This document shows, in pieces, positions 12,273 through 22,814 of a stretch of 64,000 bases of DNA. Positions within the stretch are counted from its first letter, which is position 1. Each line of letters opens with the position of its first letter. The notes beneath the pieces are model-generated. The model saw nothing but the letters and a program-made list of their open reading frames with translations. It was not told the origin of the DNA and ran no database searches. Both the position numbers and the translations under genes were made by a program. This DNA comes from Chiloscyllium plagiosum (taxonomy: Eukaryota): assembly GCF_004010195.1 (NCBI RefSeq), contig NC_057719.1:44625921-44689920 (forward strand), written 5' to 3'.

Positions 12273-12617
12273 GCTTCATTTGTTTTCTTTCTTTTGTGGA
12301 ATAAACTTATGTCGGTTTTTAAAGAACAACTGCAGCCTCATATGAATATATTTCAATGGCTAATGACCATGGTAACAAAACAAACAAGAAATTAAACATA
12401 TTATCTTTCAACCTAGATTTCATTCTGAAATCTGGCTTGTCCAGTTGTACCATCAACTGCAATCATGAAAAGTTGGAGGTTATTTGGGCTCAAAATTTAC
12501 TAAATTTAAGAAATCTCTGTCTCTTTTAAAGAAACAGATACAGATAGGTATTGGACACAAACAGGAGTGTTGTGATGAAATTTATTGCATTGATTAGACT
12601 TTCAACATAGCTTGAGT

Positions 12618-13022
12618 CGATGGGCCAGTGGGCTAAGGAATGGCAAATGGAGTTTAATTTAGACAAATGTGAGGTGCTACATTTTGGAAAGGCAAATAAG
12701 GACAGGACTTATACACTTAATGGGAAGGTCCTAGGGAGTGTTGCTGAATAAAAAGACCTTGAAGTGCAGGTTCATAGTTCCTTGAAAGTGGAGTCACAGG
12801 TAGAAAGGATAGTGAACAAGGCATTTGGTATGCTTGCCTTTATTGGTAAGAGCATTGAGTATAGGAGCTGGGAGGTTCATGTTGCAACTGTACAGGACAT
12901 TGGTTAGGCCACTTCTGGAATACTGTATGTAATTCTGGTCTCCCTCCTAATGGAAGGATGTTGTGAAACTTGAAAGTGTTCAGAAATGATCTATAGAATG
13001 TTGCCAGGGTTGGAGGGTTTGA
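12618..13022 (+). mobile_element. CR1 fragment, left part (resumes at 15534)
   Basis: WQMEFNLDKCEVLHFGK...LVRPLLEYC; ends ...ggagggtttga. Confidence 0.88.
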
Positions 13023-13340
13023 ATCGAATTGAATTGAATTGAATTTATTGTCACATGTACCCAGATACAGTGAAAAGCTTTGTCTTGTGAACAATACAGG
13101 CAGATCACATAGTTAATAGCATAGATAAGTAAATAGTAGGTAAACAGTGGCAAACACCAAACACAGGTACAGGTGAATGTTAAGAGTTTGTGAGTCCATT
13201 CAGTATTCTAACAATCCCTGATTGTGGCCCATGGATCAGGAAACTGAGGATCCAGTTGCAGAGAATGGGGCTTAGTCCAAGATCAATAAGATTAGTAATC
13301 AGTCTCGAGGTGATAATAGTGTTGAAGGCTGAACTGTAGT
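13023..13340 (-). mobile_element. Rex1/Babar LINE, 3' part with internal deletion
   Basis: (CAATT)n tail with AATAAA on the minus strand. 13216-13340 reads [35 protein letters not shown]. Confidence 0.8.
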
Positions 13341-15320
13341 CATAGATTTATAGAAATGTACAGAACAGAACCAGACTTTTCGGTCCAACTCATCCATGTC
13401 GACCAGATATCCCAACCCAATCTGGTCCCACCTGCTAGCACCCAGCCCATATCCCTCCAAACCCTTCCTATTCATATACTCATCCAAATCCCTTTTAAAT
13501 GTTGCTATTGTACCAGCCTCCACCAATTCCTCTGTCAGCTCATTCCATACACGGACCATGCTCTGCGTGAACAAGTTGCCTCTTAGGTCTCCTTTATATC
13601 TTTCCCGTCTCACCCTAAACCTAAGCCCTCTAGTTCTGGATGCTCCCACCCCAGGGAAAAGACTTTGTCTGTTTACAATATCCATGCCCCTCATAATTTT
13701 GTAAACCTCTATAAGGTCACCCCTCAGCTTTTGATACTCCAGGGAAAACACCCCCAGCCTGTTCAGCCTCTCCCTAAAGCTCAAATCCTCCAACCCTGAC
13801 AACATCCTTGTAAATCTTTTCTGAACACTTTCAAGTTTCACAACATCTTTCCGATAGGAAGGAGACCAGAATTGCATGCAATATTCCAACAGTGGCCTAA
13901 CCAATGTCCTCTACAGCTGCAACATGACCTCCCAACTCCTGTACTCAATACTCTGACCAATAAAGGAAAGCATACCAAACACCTTCTTCACTATCCTATC
14001 TACATGCAACTCTTTCAAAGAGCTATGAACCTGCATTCCAAGGTCTCTTTGTTCAGCAATGCTCCCTAGGATCTTACCATTAAGTATATAAGTCCTGCGA
14101 AGATTTGCTTTCCCAAAATGCAGCACCTCGCATTTATCTGAATTAAACTCCATCTGCCACTTCTGAACCCATTGGCCCATCTGAGCAAGTTCCTGTTGTA
14201 ATCTGAGGTAGTTTTCTTCGCTGTCCACCACACCTCCAATTTTGGTGTCATCTGCAAACTTACTAACTGTACCTCTTATGCTCGTATCCAAATCATTTAT
14301 GTAAATGACGAAAAGTAGAGGATCCAGCACCGATCTTTGTGGCACTCCACTGGTCACAGGCCTCCAGTCTGAAACACAACCCTCCATACCTCCCTCTGTC
14401 TTCTACCTTTGAGCCAGTTCTGTATCCAAATGGCTAGTTCTCCCTGTATTTCATGAGATCTAACCTTGCTAACCAGTCTCCCTACTCCCAATGCTTTACT
14501 GAAGTCCATATAGATCACATCTACCACTCTTCCCTCATCAATCCTCTTTGGTACTTCTTCAAAAAACTCAATCAAGCTTGTGAGACATGATTTCCCACAT
14601 ACAAAGCCATGTTGACTATCCCTAATCAGTCCTTGCCTTTCCAAACACTGTACATCCTATCCCTCAGGGTTCCCTCCAATAACTTGCCCACCACCGAAGT
14701 CAGGCTCACTAGTCTATAGTTCCCTGGCTTTTCCTTACCGCCCTTCTTAAACAGTGGCACCATGTTAGCCAACCTCCAGTCTTCCGGCACCTCACCTGTG
14801 ACTATCGATGATACAAATACCTCAGCAAGAGGCCCAGCAATCACTTCCCTAGCTTCCCACAGAATTCTAGGATACACATGATCAAGTCCTGGGATTTATC
14901 AACTTTTATGCGACTTTCAAGACATCCAGCACTTCCTCCTCTGTAATATGGACATTTTTCAAGATGACAACATCTATTTCCCTACATTCTGTATTTTCCA
15001 TGTCCTTCTCGACAGTAAATACTGATGTAAAATACTCATTTAGCATCTCCCCCATCTCCTGCGGCTCCACACAAAGGCCACCTTGCTGGTCTTTGAGGGG
15101 CCCTATTCTCTCCCCAGTTACCCTTTTGTTCTTAATGTATTTGTAAAAGTCCTTTGGATTTTCCTTAATTCTATTTGCCAAAGCTATCTCATGTCCCCTT
15201 TTTGCCCTCCTGATTTCCCTCTTAAGTATACTCCTACTGCCTTTATACTCTTCTAAGGATTCACTCGATCTATCCTGTCTACACCTGACATATGCTTCCT
15301 TCTTTTTCTTAATCAAACTC
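13341..15320 (-). mobile_element. 5'-truncated CR1 nested in Rex1
   Basis: Successive minus-strand ORFs: KENPKDFYKYI, VPEDWRLANMVPLFKKG, SQHGF, FADDTK, RGDLIEVYKIM, then the tail. Confidence 0.93.
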
Positions 15321-15533
15321 TGAGTATGATTCTTACATATCTGTTCTTGGTGTCAAGATGTTTTAGGGAGGAGTGAAGGGCAAGTGATATGGCATCTGAT
15401 GTGGCTCTGTTTGTCGAATAGGCAAATTGGAGTGGGTCAAGAGGAGTGGGGAGGCTGGAGCTGATTAATGCCTTGACCAGCCTTTCAAAGCACTTCATGA
15501 CCACTGAAGTTAGGGCTACTGGGTGGTAGTCAT
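15321..15533 (-). mobile_element. Rex1/Babar LINE RT fragment, 5' part
   Basis: [20 protein letters not shown]...LDPLQFAY...DAISLALH...YVRIIL, which continues into DYSSAFNT at 13340. Confidence 0.88.
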
Positions 15534-15975
15534 TGAGCTATAGTGAGAGGATGAATAGGGTAAAGCTGTTTTCCTGGAGCATCAGAGGCTGAGGGGTGAT
15601 CTTATGGATGTTTATAAAATCATGAGGGCCATGGATAGGGTAAATAAACAAGGTCTTTTCCCTAGGATGGAGGAGTCCACAACTAGAGGGCATAGGTTTA
15701 GGGTGAGAGGGGAAAATTTAAATGGAACCTAAGGGGCAACTTTTTAATGCAGAGCGTGGTGTGTGTATGGAATGAGCTGCCAGTGAAAATGGTGGAGGCT
15801 GGCACAATTATAACAATTAAAAGGCATCTGAATGTGTATCTGAATAGGAGGTATTTGGAGGGATATGGTCCAAGTGCTGGCAAATGGGACTAGATTAATC
15901 TGGGATATCTGGTCGGCATGGACAAGTTGGACAGAAGGGTCTGTTTTCATGCTGTACAGCTCTGTGACTCCATGA
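15534..15975 (+). mobile_element. CR1 fragment, right part with 3' tail
   Basis: Resumes ttgagctatagtgagagg directly after the 13022 breakpoint (TTGA shared) and ends in the CR1 tail. Confidence 0.88.
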
Positions 15976-16029
15976 GTATTGCTGGAACTTTTCTTGGAGT
16001 AGAAGACATGACAATGGATTATTTGAAAT

Positions 16030-16490
16030 CGTTGTGGTTCTGTTCACCGAGCTGGGAATTTGTGTTGCAGACGTTTCGTCCCCTGTCTAGGTGACATCCT
16101 CAGTGCTTGGGAGCCTCCTGTGAAGTGCTTCTGTGATCTTTCCTCTGGCATTTGTAGTGGTTTGAATCTGCCGCTTCCGGTTGTCAGGTCCAGCTGTCCC
16201 CTGCAGTGGTCAGTATATTGGGTCCAGGTCGATGTGCTTATTGATTGAATCTGTGGATGAGTGCCATGCCTCTAGGAATTCCCTGGCTGTTCTCTGTTTG
16301 GCTTGTCCTATAATAGTAGTGTTGTCCCAGTCGAATTCATGTTGCTTGTCATCTGCGTGTGTGGCTACTCAGGATGGCTGGTCATGTCGTTTCGTGGCTA
16401 GTTGGTGTTCATGGATGCGGATCATTAGCTGTCTTCCTGTTTGTCCTATGTAGTGTTTTGTGCAGTCCTTTCATGGGATTTTGTACACTA
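16030..16490 (-). mobile_element. Penelope-like element: GIY-YIG endonuclease plus 3' end
   Basis: Minus strand reads VYKIP*KDCTKHYIGQTGRQLMIRIHEH...HEFDWDNTTIIGQ...REFLEAWHS...SINKH. Confidence 0.9.
16067..16106 (-). ncRNA. Minimal type-I hammerhead ribozyme motif in the PLE 3' end
   Basis: gca-CUGAGGA-u-gucaccu(agac)aggggac-GAAA-CGUC-ugc: 3-bp stem I, stem II, palindromic ACGU stem III, GUC site. Activity untested. Confidence 0.65.
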
Positions 16491-16494
16491 TTTG

Positions 16495-16760
16495 GAATTG
16501 TTAACTAAGGGTAAACTGAGAAGTTAGCAGTTAAATTGAAGATAGAAATAAAAGCAGGATCTCATAAAAATGAGATACTTAAACTGATTGCCCAGCATGG
16601 AGAATTAGGAAGGAAACATTAAATTGAGATGTCACAGCTAGAATTAGCTAAGATTCAGTTAGAAATGAAAAATAAAACTATTAAGAGAGAAAAGAGAATG
16701 AAAATACCAATAAAAATGGAAACAAAATCAAGAAAGCTTGATCTTCAAAGTGGAGTGAGA
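16495..16760 (+). mobile_element. Decayed Gypsy-type gag N-terminal fragment
   Basis: LTKGKLR/LAVKLKIEIKAGSHKNEILKLIAQH...LELAKIQLEMK then a K/E-rich coiled coil. Resembles fish Gypsy gag starts from memory only. Confidence 0.45.
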
Positions 16761-16850
16761 AGTCAAATATTGTAAAATGAATGAATTCAGTTCATTCATT
16801 TAAGAATGTATATGAATGTTAGTCTTTATTACAAGGGAAAAAGACTTGGC

Positions 16851-16950
16851 GAGCTGAAAATGTGTTGCTGGAAAAGCGCAGCAGGTCAGGCAGCATCCAA
16901 GGAGCAAAAGAATCGAAGTTTCGGGCATAGGTCCTTCTTCAGGATTCCTG
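16851..16950 (-). mobile_element. Short Penelope-derived unit with decayed hammerhead motif
   Basis: Same family as 57646-57870; ends just past the CTGAAGA core. Confidence 0.8.
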
Positions 16951-17524
16951 GGCATAAATACCTCAATGTATGTGGAGTTCAGGAAAAAGAGAGAAACATA
17001 TGCAGAGTTAGATAGGAGCTTAACATGCATCGATTTGAATGTTAGTAATATGCTGAGAAGCCTGTGGTGTAGACTGTGGTGTATTAGGCAATAAAGTTCA
17101 TGGAATAGTCTTCCAATAATGAAACAAAAAATTAGAGTCTGGTATATCTCTCAGTACTATATATTGTTGTATTCAGTCTTAATATATAATAAGAAGTCTT
17201 CTGAAGATACCCAAGCCTGAAGGCAATTCTTGACCTTATTTCTTCTTGGCCAGTCTGTCACGAACCTAAACTAATGCTACAGCAGATTTGCTATAATAAC
17301 CTTTGCAGAGTCAAATATTCCACAATGGATTTTAATGTTTTGAATGGACGAAGTGAAAAAAAAACAATTACTGCAATTTCTACTTATGGAAAAACCTTTA
17401 AAAGCTCTACTTACAACAATATGATTAAGTCACTGTATGGTTTGTTTTGTCATGATATCAAACAGAATAATGAAATTAATTAAATCTCAGTATTCCCTGT
17501 GCTACTAAACGGTACAGTCAACAT

Positions 17525-17710
17525 GATCTTACCAGACTGTAGGGCTGCGGTCTAATTAATAAGAGATAACTAGCGGTGGTTTAACCTGAAGGTCACCATA
17601 CCTCAGGGAAGGGGAGAGATTGAGAAGGAGACTCCTTCATGGTAACCTTAACCAATACAGGAATTGAATGCACAATGTTGGCATGACTCCCTCATTGCTA
17701 ACCAGCCAGC
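17525..17710 (-). mobile_element. Old tRNA-derived SINE fragment
   Basis: B-box-like ggaattgaa (reverse complement) and a body shared with pieces at 18265-18307 and 18570-18885. Confidence 0.45.
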
Positions 17711-17711
17711 T

Positions 17712-18075
17712 ATTTCTGAAGTGTCATCAGTCTAGTAATGTAGGAAATGCAGCAGACAATTTGCACAGAGCATACTGCATTATGATAATGAGCACATTAT
17801 GTGTAATATTGGTTGAGGAACAAATGTTGCTCAGGAGGCTAGGCAATTCTCCCCTGCATTTCTTTGAAAGAGTAGCATGGGATCTTTTACATTCTCCTGA
17901 GAGGACAAAAGAGGCTTTGATTTAATATTGCATCTGAAAGATGCCACCTTTGACTCTCAGTATTCTATCAGATGTGCACTGAAGTGTTTGCCTAGATTTT
18001 GTGCTCAAGCCTCTGGAGTGGAGCTTAAACCAATCTTCTGACTAAGAGATGAGAATACCATTGAATCAAGTCTGA
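17712..18075 (-). mobile_element. Deu-domain SINE (SacSINE1/AmnSINE-like)
   Basis: Reverse complement contains aggtggcatctttcagatg...ctctcaggagaatgtaaaagatcccatgctact, characteristic of the Deu domain. Confidence 0.7.
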
Positions 18076-18307
18076 ACAATGTGAAAGGAAACATTTTGTA
18101 TATTAGTGAGGGAGTGAAAATGTAAGTATGTATATGCAGAATTCAATCTTGGTAGGGAGAATATGATTGATATTAGTGGCAGCTTCCACTGTAACATGGG
18201 TTTTGTTGGATCTTCTTTGTAATTTTCAGGCATTTATTTGTTTCATTAATAGGTCTTAATGCAAACGTGTTAAAGGTAAAGTTGCCACAATCTGACTCTC
18301 CCATTAG

Positions 18308-18570
18308 AGTATTGAGTACAGGAGTTGGGAGGTCATGTTGCGACTGTACAGGACATTGGTTAGGCCAATTTTGGAATTTTGCGTGCAATTCTAGTCTCCT
18401 TCCTATCGAAGGATGTTGTGAAACTTGTAATAGTTCAGAAAAGATTTACAAGGATGTTGCCAGGGTTGGAGGATTTGAGCTATAGGAAGAGGCTGAATAG
18501 GCTAGGGCTGTTTTCCCATGGAATATTGGAGGCTGAGACCTTATAGAGGTTTATAAAATCATGAGGGGCT
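18308..18570 (+). mobile_element. CR1 internal fragment
   Basis: attgagtacaggagttgggaggtcatgttg...gaggtttataaaatcatgagggg, colinear with the other CR1 copies. Confidence 0.85.
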
Positions 18571-18600
18571 AGCACTCTGTACTGCAAACCAACTGTCCAG

Positions 18601-18853
18601 GAGAAGGTGAGGGCTGCAGGTGCTGGAGAGACAGAGTTGAAAGTGTGGTACTGGAAAAGCACAGCAGGTCAAGCAGCATCTGAGGAGCAGGAGAGTCAAC
18701 ATTTCGGGTACAAGCCCTTCATCAGGAATCTGATGAAGGGCTTATGTTACATTGAATTCCTGATGAAGGGCTTTTGTCTGAAAAGTCAACTCTCCTGCTC
18801 CTCGAATGCTGCCTGATTTGCTGTGCTTTACCAGTGCCACACTTTTCAACTCA
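18601..18853. mobile_element. Fold-back Penelope-derived element with hammerhead motifs
   Basis: Inverted arms; 15-bp TSD aaac(c/t)aactgtccag at 18586-18600 and 18854-18868. Confidence 0.85.
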
Positions 18854-19197
18854 AAACTAACTGTCCAGCCAACTGATCTAACCAATCCGTTTGTGAATTG
18901 TGTACAACGTGAAAATAGCTGGGGCCCATAACCATTTCTGAATTTAATTTGTGAGAATTTTTGTTTCTTAGACGGGCCTAAGCTCATCCTGAATGCTAAC
19001 ATTCATATTGTCGTATTGTGTACTGATAATTATATCGATTTGCAATCAGGATTGCAAAATGTTACATTGAATTTTACTTTCCTCTTTTCTATTTTAATAA
19101 CTTAATTTTGCATCGCTAAGTGTATTTTATAATACAATGGGCTAGGTTTTACACTGAGATATAGGCCTCTGGCTTTGGATGACAGCTAGGTTTGAGC

Positions 19198-19300
19198 GAA
19201 TTGTGAGAAGATTTGTAGTTCAGGTTGAGGTTCTGGATGTAGGTTTGCTCACTGAGCTGGAAGGTTCGCTTTCTTCCAGCTCAGCGAGCAAACCTACATC
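19198..19300. mobile_element. Small fold-back Penelope-derived element (second family)
   Basis: 31-bp arms at 19233-19263 and 19273-19303 (one mismatch); TSD cag(c/t)taggtttgagc at 19183-19197 and 19301-19315. Confidence 0.75.
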
Positions 19301-19759
19301 CAGTTAGGTTTGAGCCTGCCACTAGTTTGGCTGGCTCACCCCACAGCCTCTTCATGGTTTTCCAGCTGTAAATTGGCTTGAAATGAGTCTTCCACTCCCC
19401 CTGCAATGTAAGTCCAAGCAGCATCACAATGGGACTAAGCTTGGCATCAGTGGGCACTTGGCTGGATGGTGGGGTGGGGCAGGGAAAGATGTGAAGGAGG
19501 GTACTTTGGTGAGGGTGGTTCTGGTGGCACAGAGGCTCATAAAGGGTACGTGCCTTGTACGGTCACCAGCTCAAATTCACTGGGTGGGCTGGACATTTGG
19601 TGCCATACTCCCAGGCATGCAGATAAAACCCTGTGGCAGTAGGAAGAGGCCCTTAGTTGCCTATTAATTGGACTTACCAACATTCCCTTCAATTGGCACC
19701 CTTCCATCCAAAGCTAAAAGTGTGAATGCTCACTGGTTGATTACAGTGTTCTACTCCAT

Positions 19760-20205
19760 TTGTAACTCCTCAGATAATGAAACTGTCAATGCTTGCATGC
19801 AGTAAAACCTAGAACATCATTCAGATTGATCTGATAAATGGCATGTAATTACAAATTATGCAAGCATCAGGCAATGACTATTGACAAGAGAAAGTCTAAG
19901 CACAATGTGATGGAAAACTCTCCAGTTGCCAGGAAGGACACAGGTCCAAGCTCAACGCCATTGAAGGCAAAGTAGCTGATGTGATTTTCAGTCTGTTCTC
20001 CACCACCTTTAAGACTGTATTTTCTCGATCGTAGACAGACCATTCCTGTGATGTATCTGCTTATGAGATGCAGCAATTTTCCAGGTCTTCCAGCCAAATC
20101 TGAGATCTTGATCAACTGGAAGGTTAATGCAGCAGGAGGCATAAGGGTACATCTACATCTGCAAGTTTCTCTCCAGGAACACGCCATCTTGACTTGAAAT
20201 TATTG
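19760..20205 (+). mobile_element. Ancient CR1/L2-clade LINE fragments
   Basis: Similar to 4480-5302 (gataaatggcatgtaa...caggcaatgactatt; catctgcaagttt...ccatcttgacttgaaat). Confidence 0.5.
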
Positions 20206-20854
20206 GCAGAAACTATGGGGTGGTGGACTGCTCATCCTCCCAGAAGAAAAGCTGATGAATCAGAAAAAAGCCCACTGTGCAGTCTGTACTCTGCGCGGGC
20301 AGGCTACGCTGCCTAATTCTGGGACTTGTGCCTCTAGTTTGGGAGGCAGCCTGCCCTCAAGAGCTGCTGGCCAATCTGACTGGTGAGCTGTGCCGTCACA
20401 CCTGGCAGTGCCAGGTGTCAGCAGAGGACACTGTCACGAGTGCACGAAGAGGCTCCAGGGGCTCATGGCAGCCTGGGATGCTAGGCGTTAGAGTAGGAGA
20501 AGTCCTTAGAGTCCAGGGAGGAGGGTAGAATGTTGAGGTGGAGGGGCAGGTTCTGTTGGCCAGATAGGGTGATAGAATCCCCACAGTGCTGCCGCAGTGA
20601 TGTGACGCCTTGGTGGGGACATGCCTCTGATGAAGTACTCCCTCCTTCCATCCTGCTTTGTGCATGGAGGGCTTTGAAAATGGCCCACGCAAGGCTGTCT
20701 GACTGCCCACAGCATCTTTATTTTGGTGTTGGCAGTGTATTATCAGGGTCAATCAACCCAAAACGATTCATTTATATTTGGTGGGCAGGCTGCCAATTTC
20801 ATCACTTACCCAACCTCTATATCATGGGATTGATTTTGATTTTGTGGTTTTTAA

Positions 20855-21685
20855 TTTTATTGCCATGTCTATTTTACAGCAAGACTACAATAAAATACAG
20901 TGAAAAGCTTTCATTTGTTGTCACGAAACAGCATCATTTTGAATAAGTTAAGAATAAGGGAAAAAGAAAGATAGAGCCTGAGTCATGAGCCAGATCATCA
21001 CCATCAATGATGACTGTGATACCATCCCTTCTCAACCGCTCCGCTGTCATCTACACCAGACCCAACCAACATTGAAGTTGCCAATCCTCCTCTGCTATTT
21101 TTGCTGCTGGGCCAATTCTCCTCCAGCAATGCCTCACCACTGCCTGCACCGGACCAACCAACTCCAGAGCTGCATCTCTCACCACTGGGCTCACCTCATG
21201 ATATTGCCAAGATGCCCTTCCACCACCACTTCGCTGCCCCCAACCAACAACAAGATTACCGATCCTGAGGCACCACCTTTTGTTGCTGGATTTACCGTGC
21301 CGATGTTGCCTCTGCCGATGCAACAGCCACCAATTCCAGGTCCAGTGCTTGCTCTGGAAAAGTAAGTAGGCACTCACTCTCCTGCATCTTGGGTCCATGC
21401 AAGGCCCATGTCCTAGTCCTGCTCAAAATCCAAACCCTGGGTGTGCTTGAGCTCCGTGCCCTGGGCCCACTCAAAGTCTATGCCCTGGGCTCACTTGAGG
21501 TCTGTGCCCTGTGCCTGCTCAAGGTCGGTACCCTGGGCTCTTGTCTCTGCCGATGCCATCCATACTCAGGACAAGGTCAGTCAGTAAGAAAGAAACGAGA
21601 TGGTAAAAAAAGAGAAAAAGCAAAAGCAAAGCAGTCAGAGGGGAGTAGCTCTGTCATAGGAGCCCTACTCCTCCACCATCTTGGA
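20855..21685 (-). mobile_element. Non-autonomous retroelement with a Rex1-like 3' tail
   Basis: 3' end shares tttattg-c-catgt...atacagtgaaaagcttt with the Rex1 tail at 13043-13082. 5' end on the minus strand is ccaagatggtggaggag. No RT coding sequence between the ends. Confidence 0.55.
21387..21540. repeat. Degenerate 24-bp tandem repeat (about 6 units)
   Basis: ccctg(g/t) recurs at 21435, 21459, 21483, 21507 and 21531. Confidence 0.8.
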
Positions 21686-22814
21686 CAGGATTGTGCTCAA
21701 ATCAAGTGGTGGGCTAGCATCTTAACCTATCTTAATTGCTCTCATGCCTGTGGGTACCCCTCACATCTGTCCCTTCATCATTGCTGGAACTACCACCCTG
21801 ACAACACTGTTGGCTTACATGCCACATGACTGTAGTCATTGAGGAAGGTAACCGCATCACCTTCACAAGGGCATTTAGGGATGGGCAAGGAATGCTAGCA
21901 AAACCAGTAAATGAATGAATGAGAAGAAAGTGAATATGATACTAATGGAAAGCACATGAATCTGAAAATAATCAAAATCTACAAAAAGGTTCTTTTGTTA
22001 GTTGTTTCTGTTAAAAAGAACAGCTGCTGAAATGAGTTGGTAATAAAGAACAGATTTAGATAACAATCTGAAATAAAAAGGAACTTAACTGCTACAGCCT
22101 CAGTTTGGGAAAAGTACATTAACTGTAAGAAATCTTTTCCCAAAGGCCATGAATGCTTCAGTACTGCTATGAATAGCATCTTCTCTATTACATCTTGTAG
22201 GGCCATTGATTCTGAAAACCAAGGAACACATTAAAAGTGTTTGTGATAATAGTTGTTTGCCAGTAACGCTAACTGTAACAACAAACAGACAAATAGGATA
22301 AGGTTTTCTGACCTCAGATCACTTGTCGAATGTAAGCACAAGTATATTGAATTACTTCTTGATTACACCGTTAACTAAGACTTTTCCTCATTGGAAAAGC
22401 TTCTAATTGCAAATGGGTGTTGTGGCCCTTATGAAGGATCCATTTTAAACCTGCGCACACAGTGGGTTGGCTGGAAGGTGTGATCACTCCACTGACTGAC
22501 CCATTCTAAATATGTTGAGCTGCATCTTTCCAGAAATCAGCTAAGTATTATTTTTGGCTAGTTACGTGAAAGTTATTTCTCCATGTCCCACGTGAGATTT
22601 GTCACATTAACTTCCCAAACACACCTCATTAGCTGTGCACCACACCACAGTAGCATCCCACTCTCCCACTCACCACAGGCAGATATACTGACCATTGCTG
22701 GTGCCTCCTAGGATTCCTAGAATTGATGCCATCTTTAAAGGTCAGCCACGGACCCGGTCAAGTGCTGCCATCCTGTGCTGCCCTGCATTGTTCATTCGAT
22801 TTGCCCTGTTTTAT

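Noticed and set aside
20205..20830. GC-richer block with overlapping ORFs (similar blocks near 36000-36480 and 45600-46290)
   Set aside because: Probably an old dispersed repeat; ORFs lack domains and the boundaries could not be defined.
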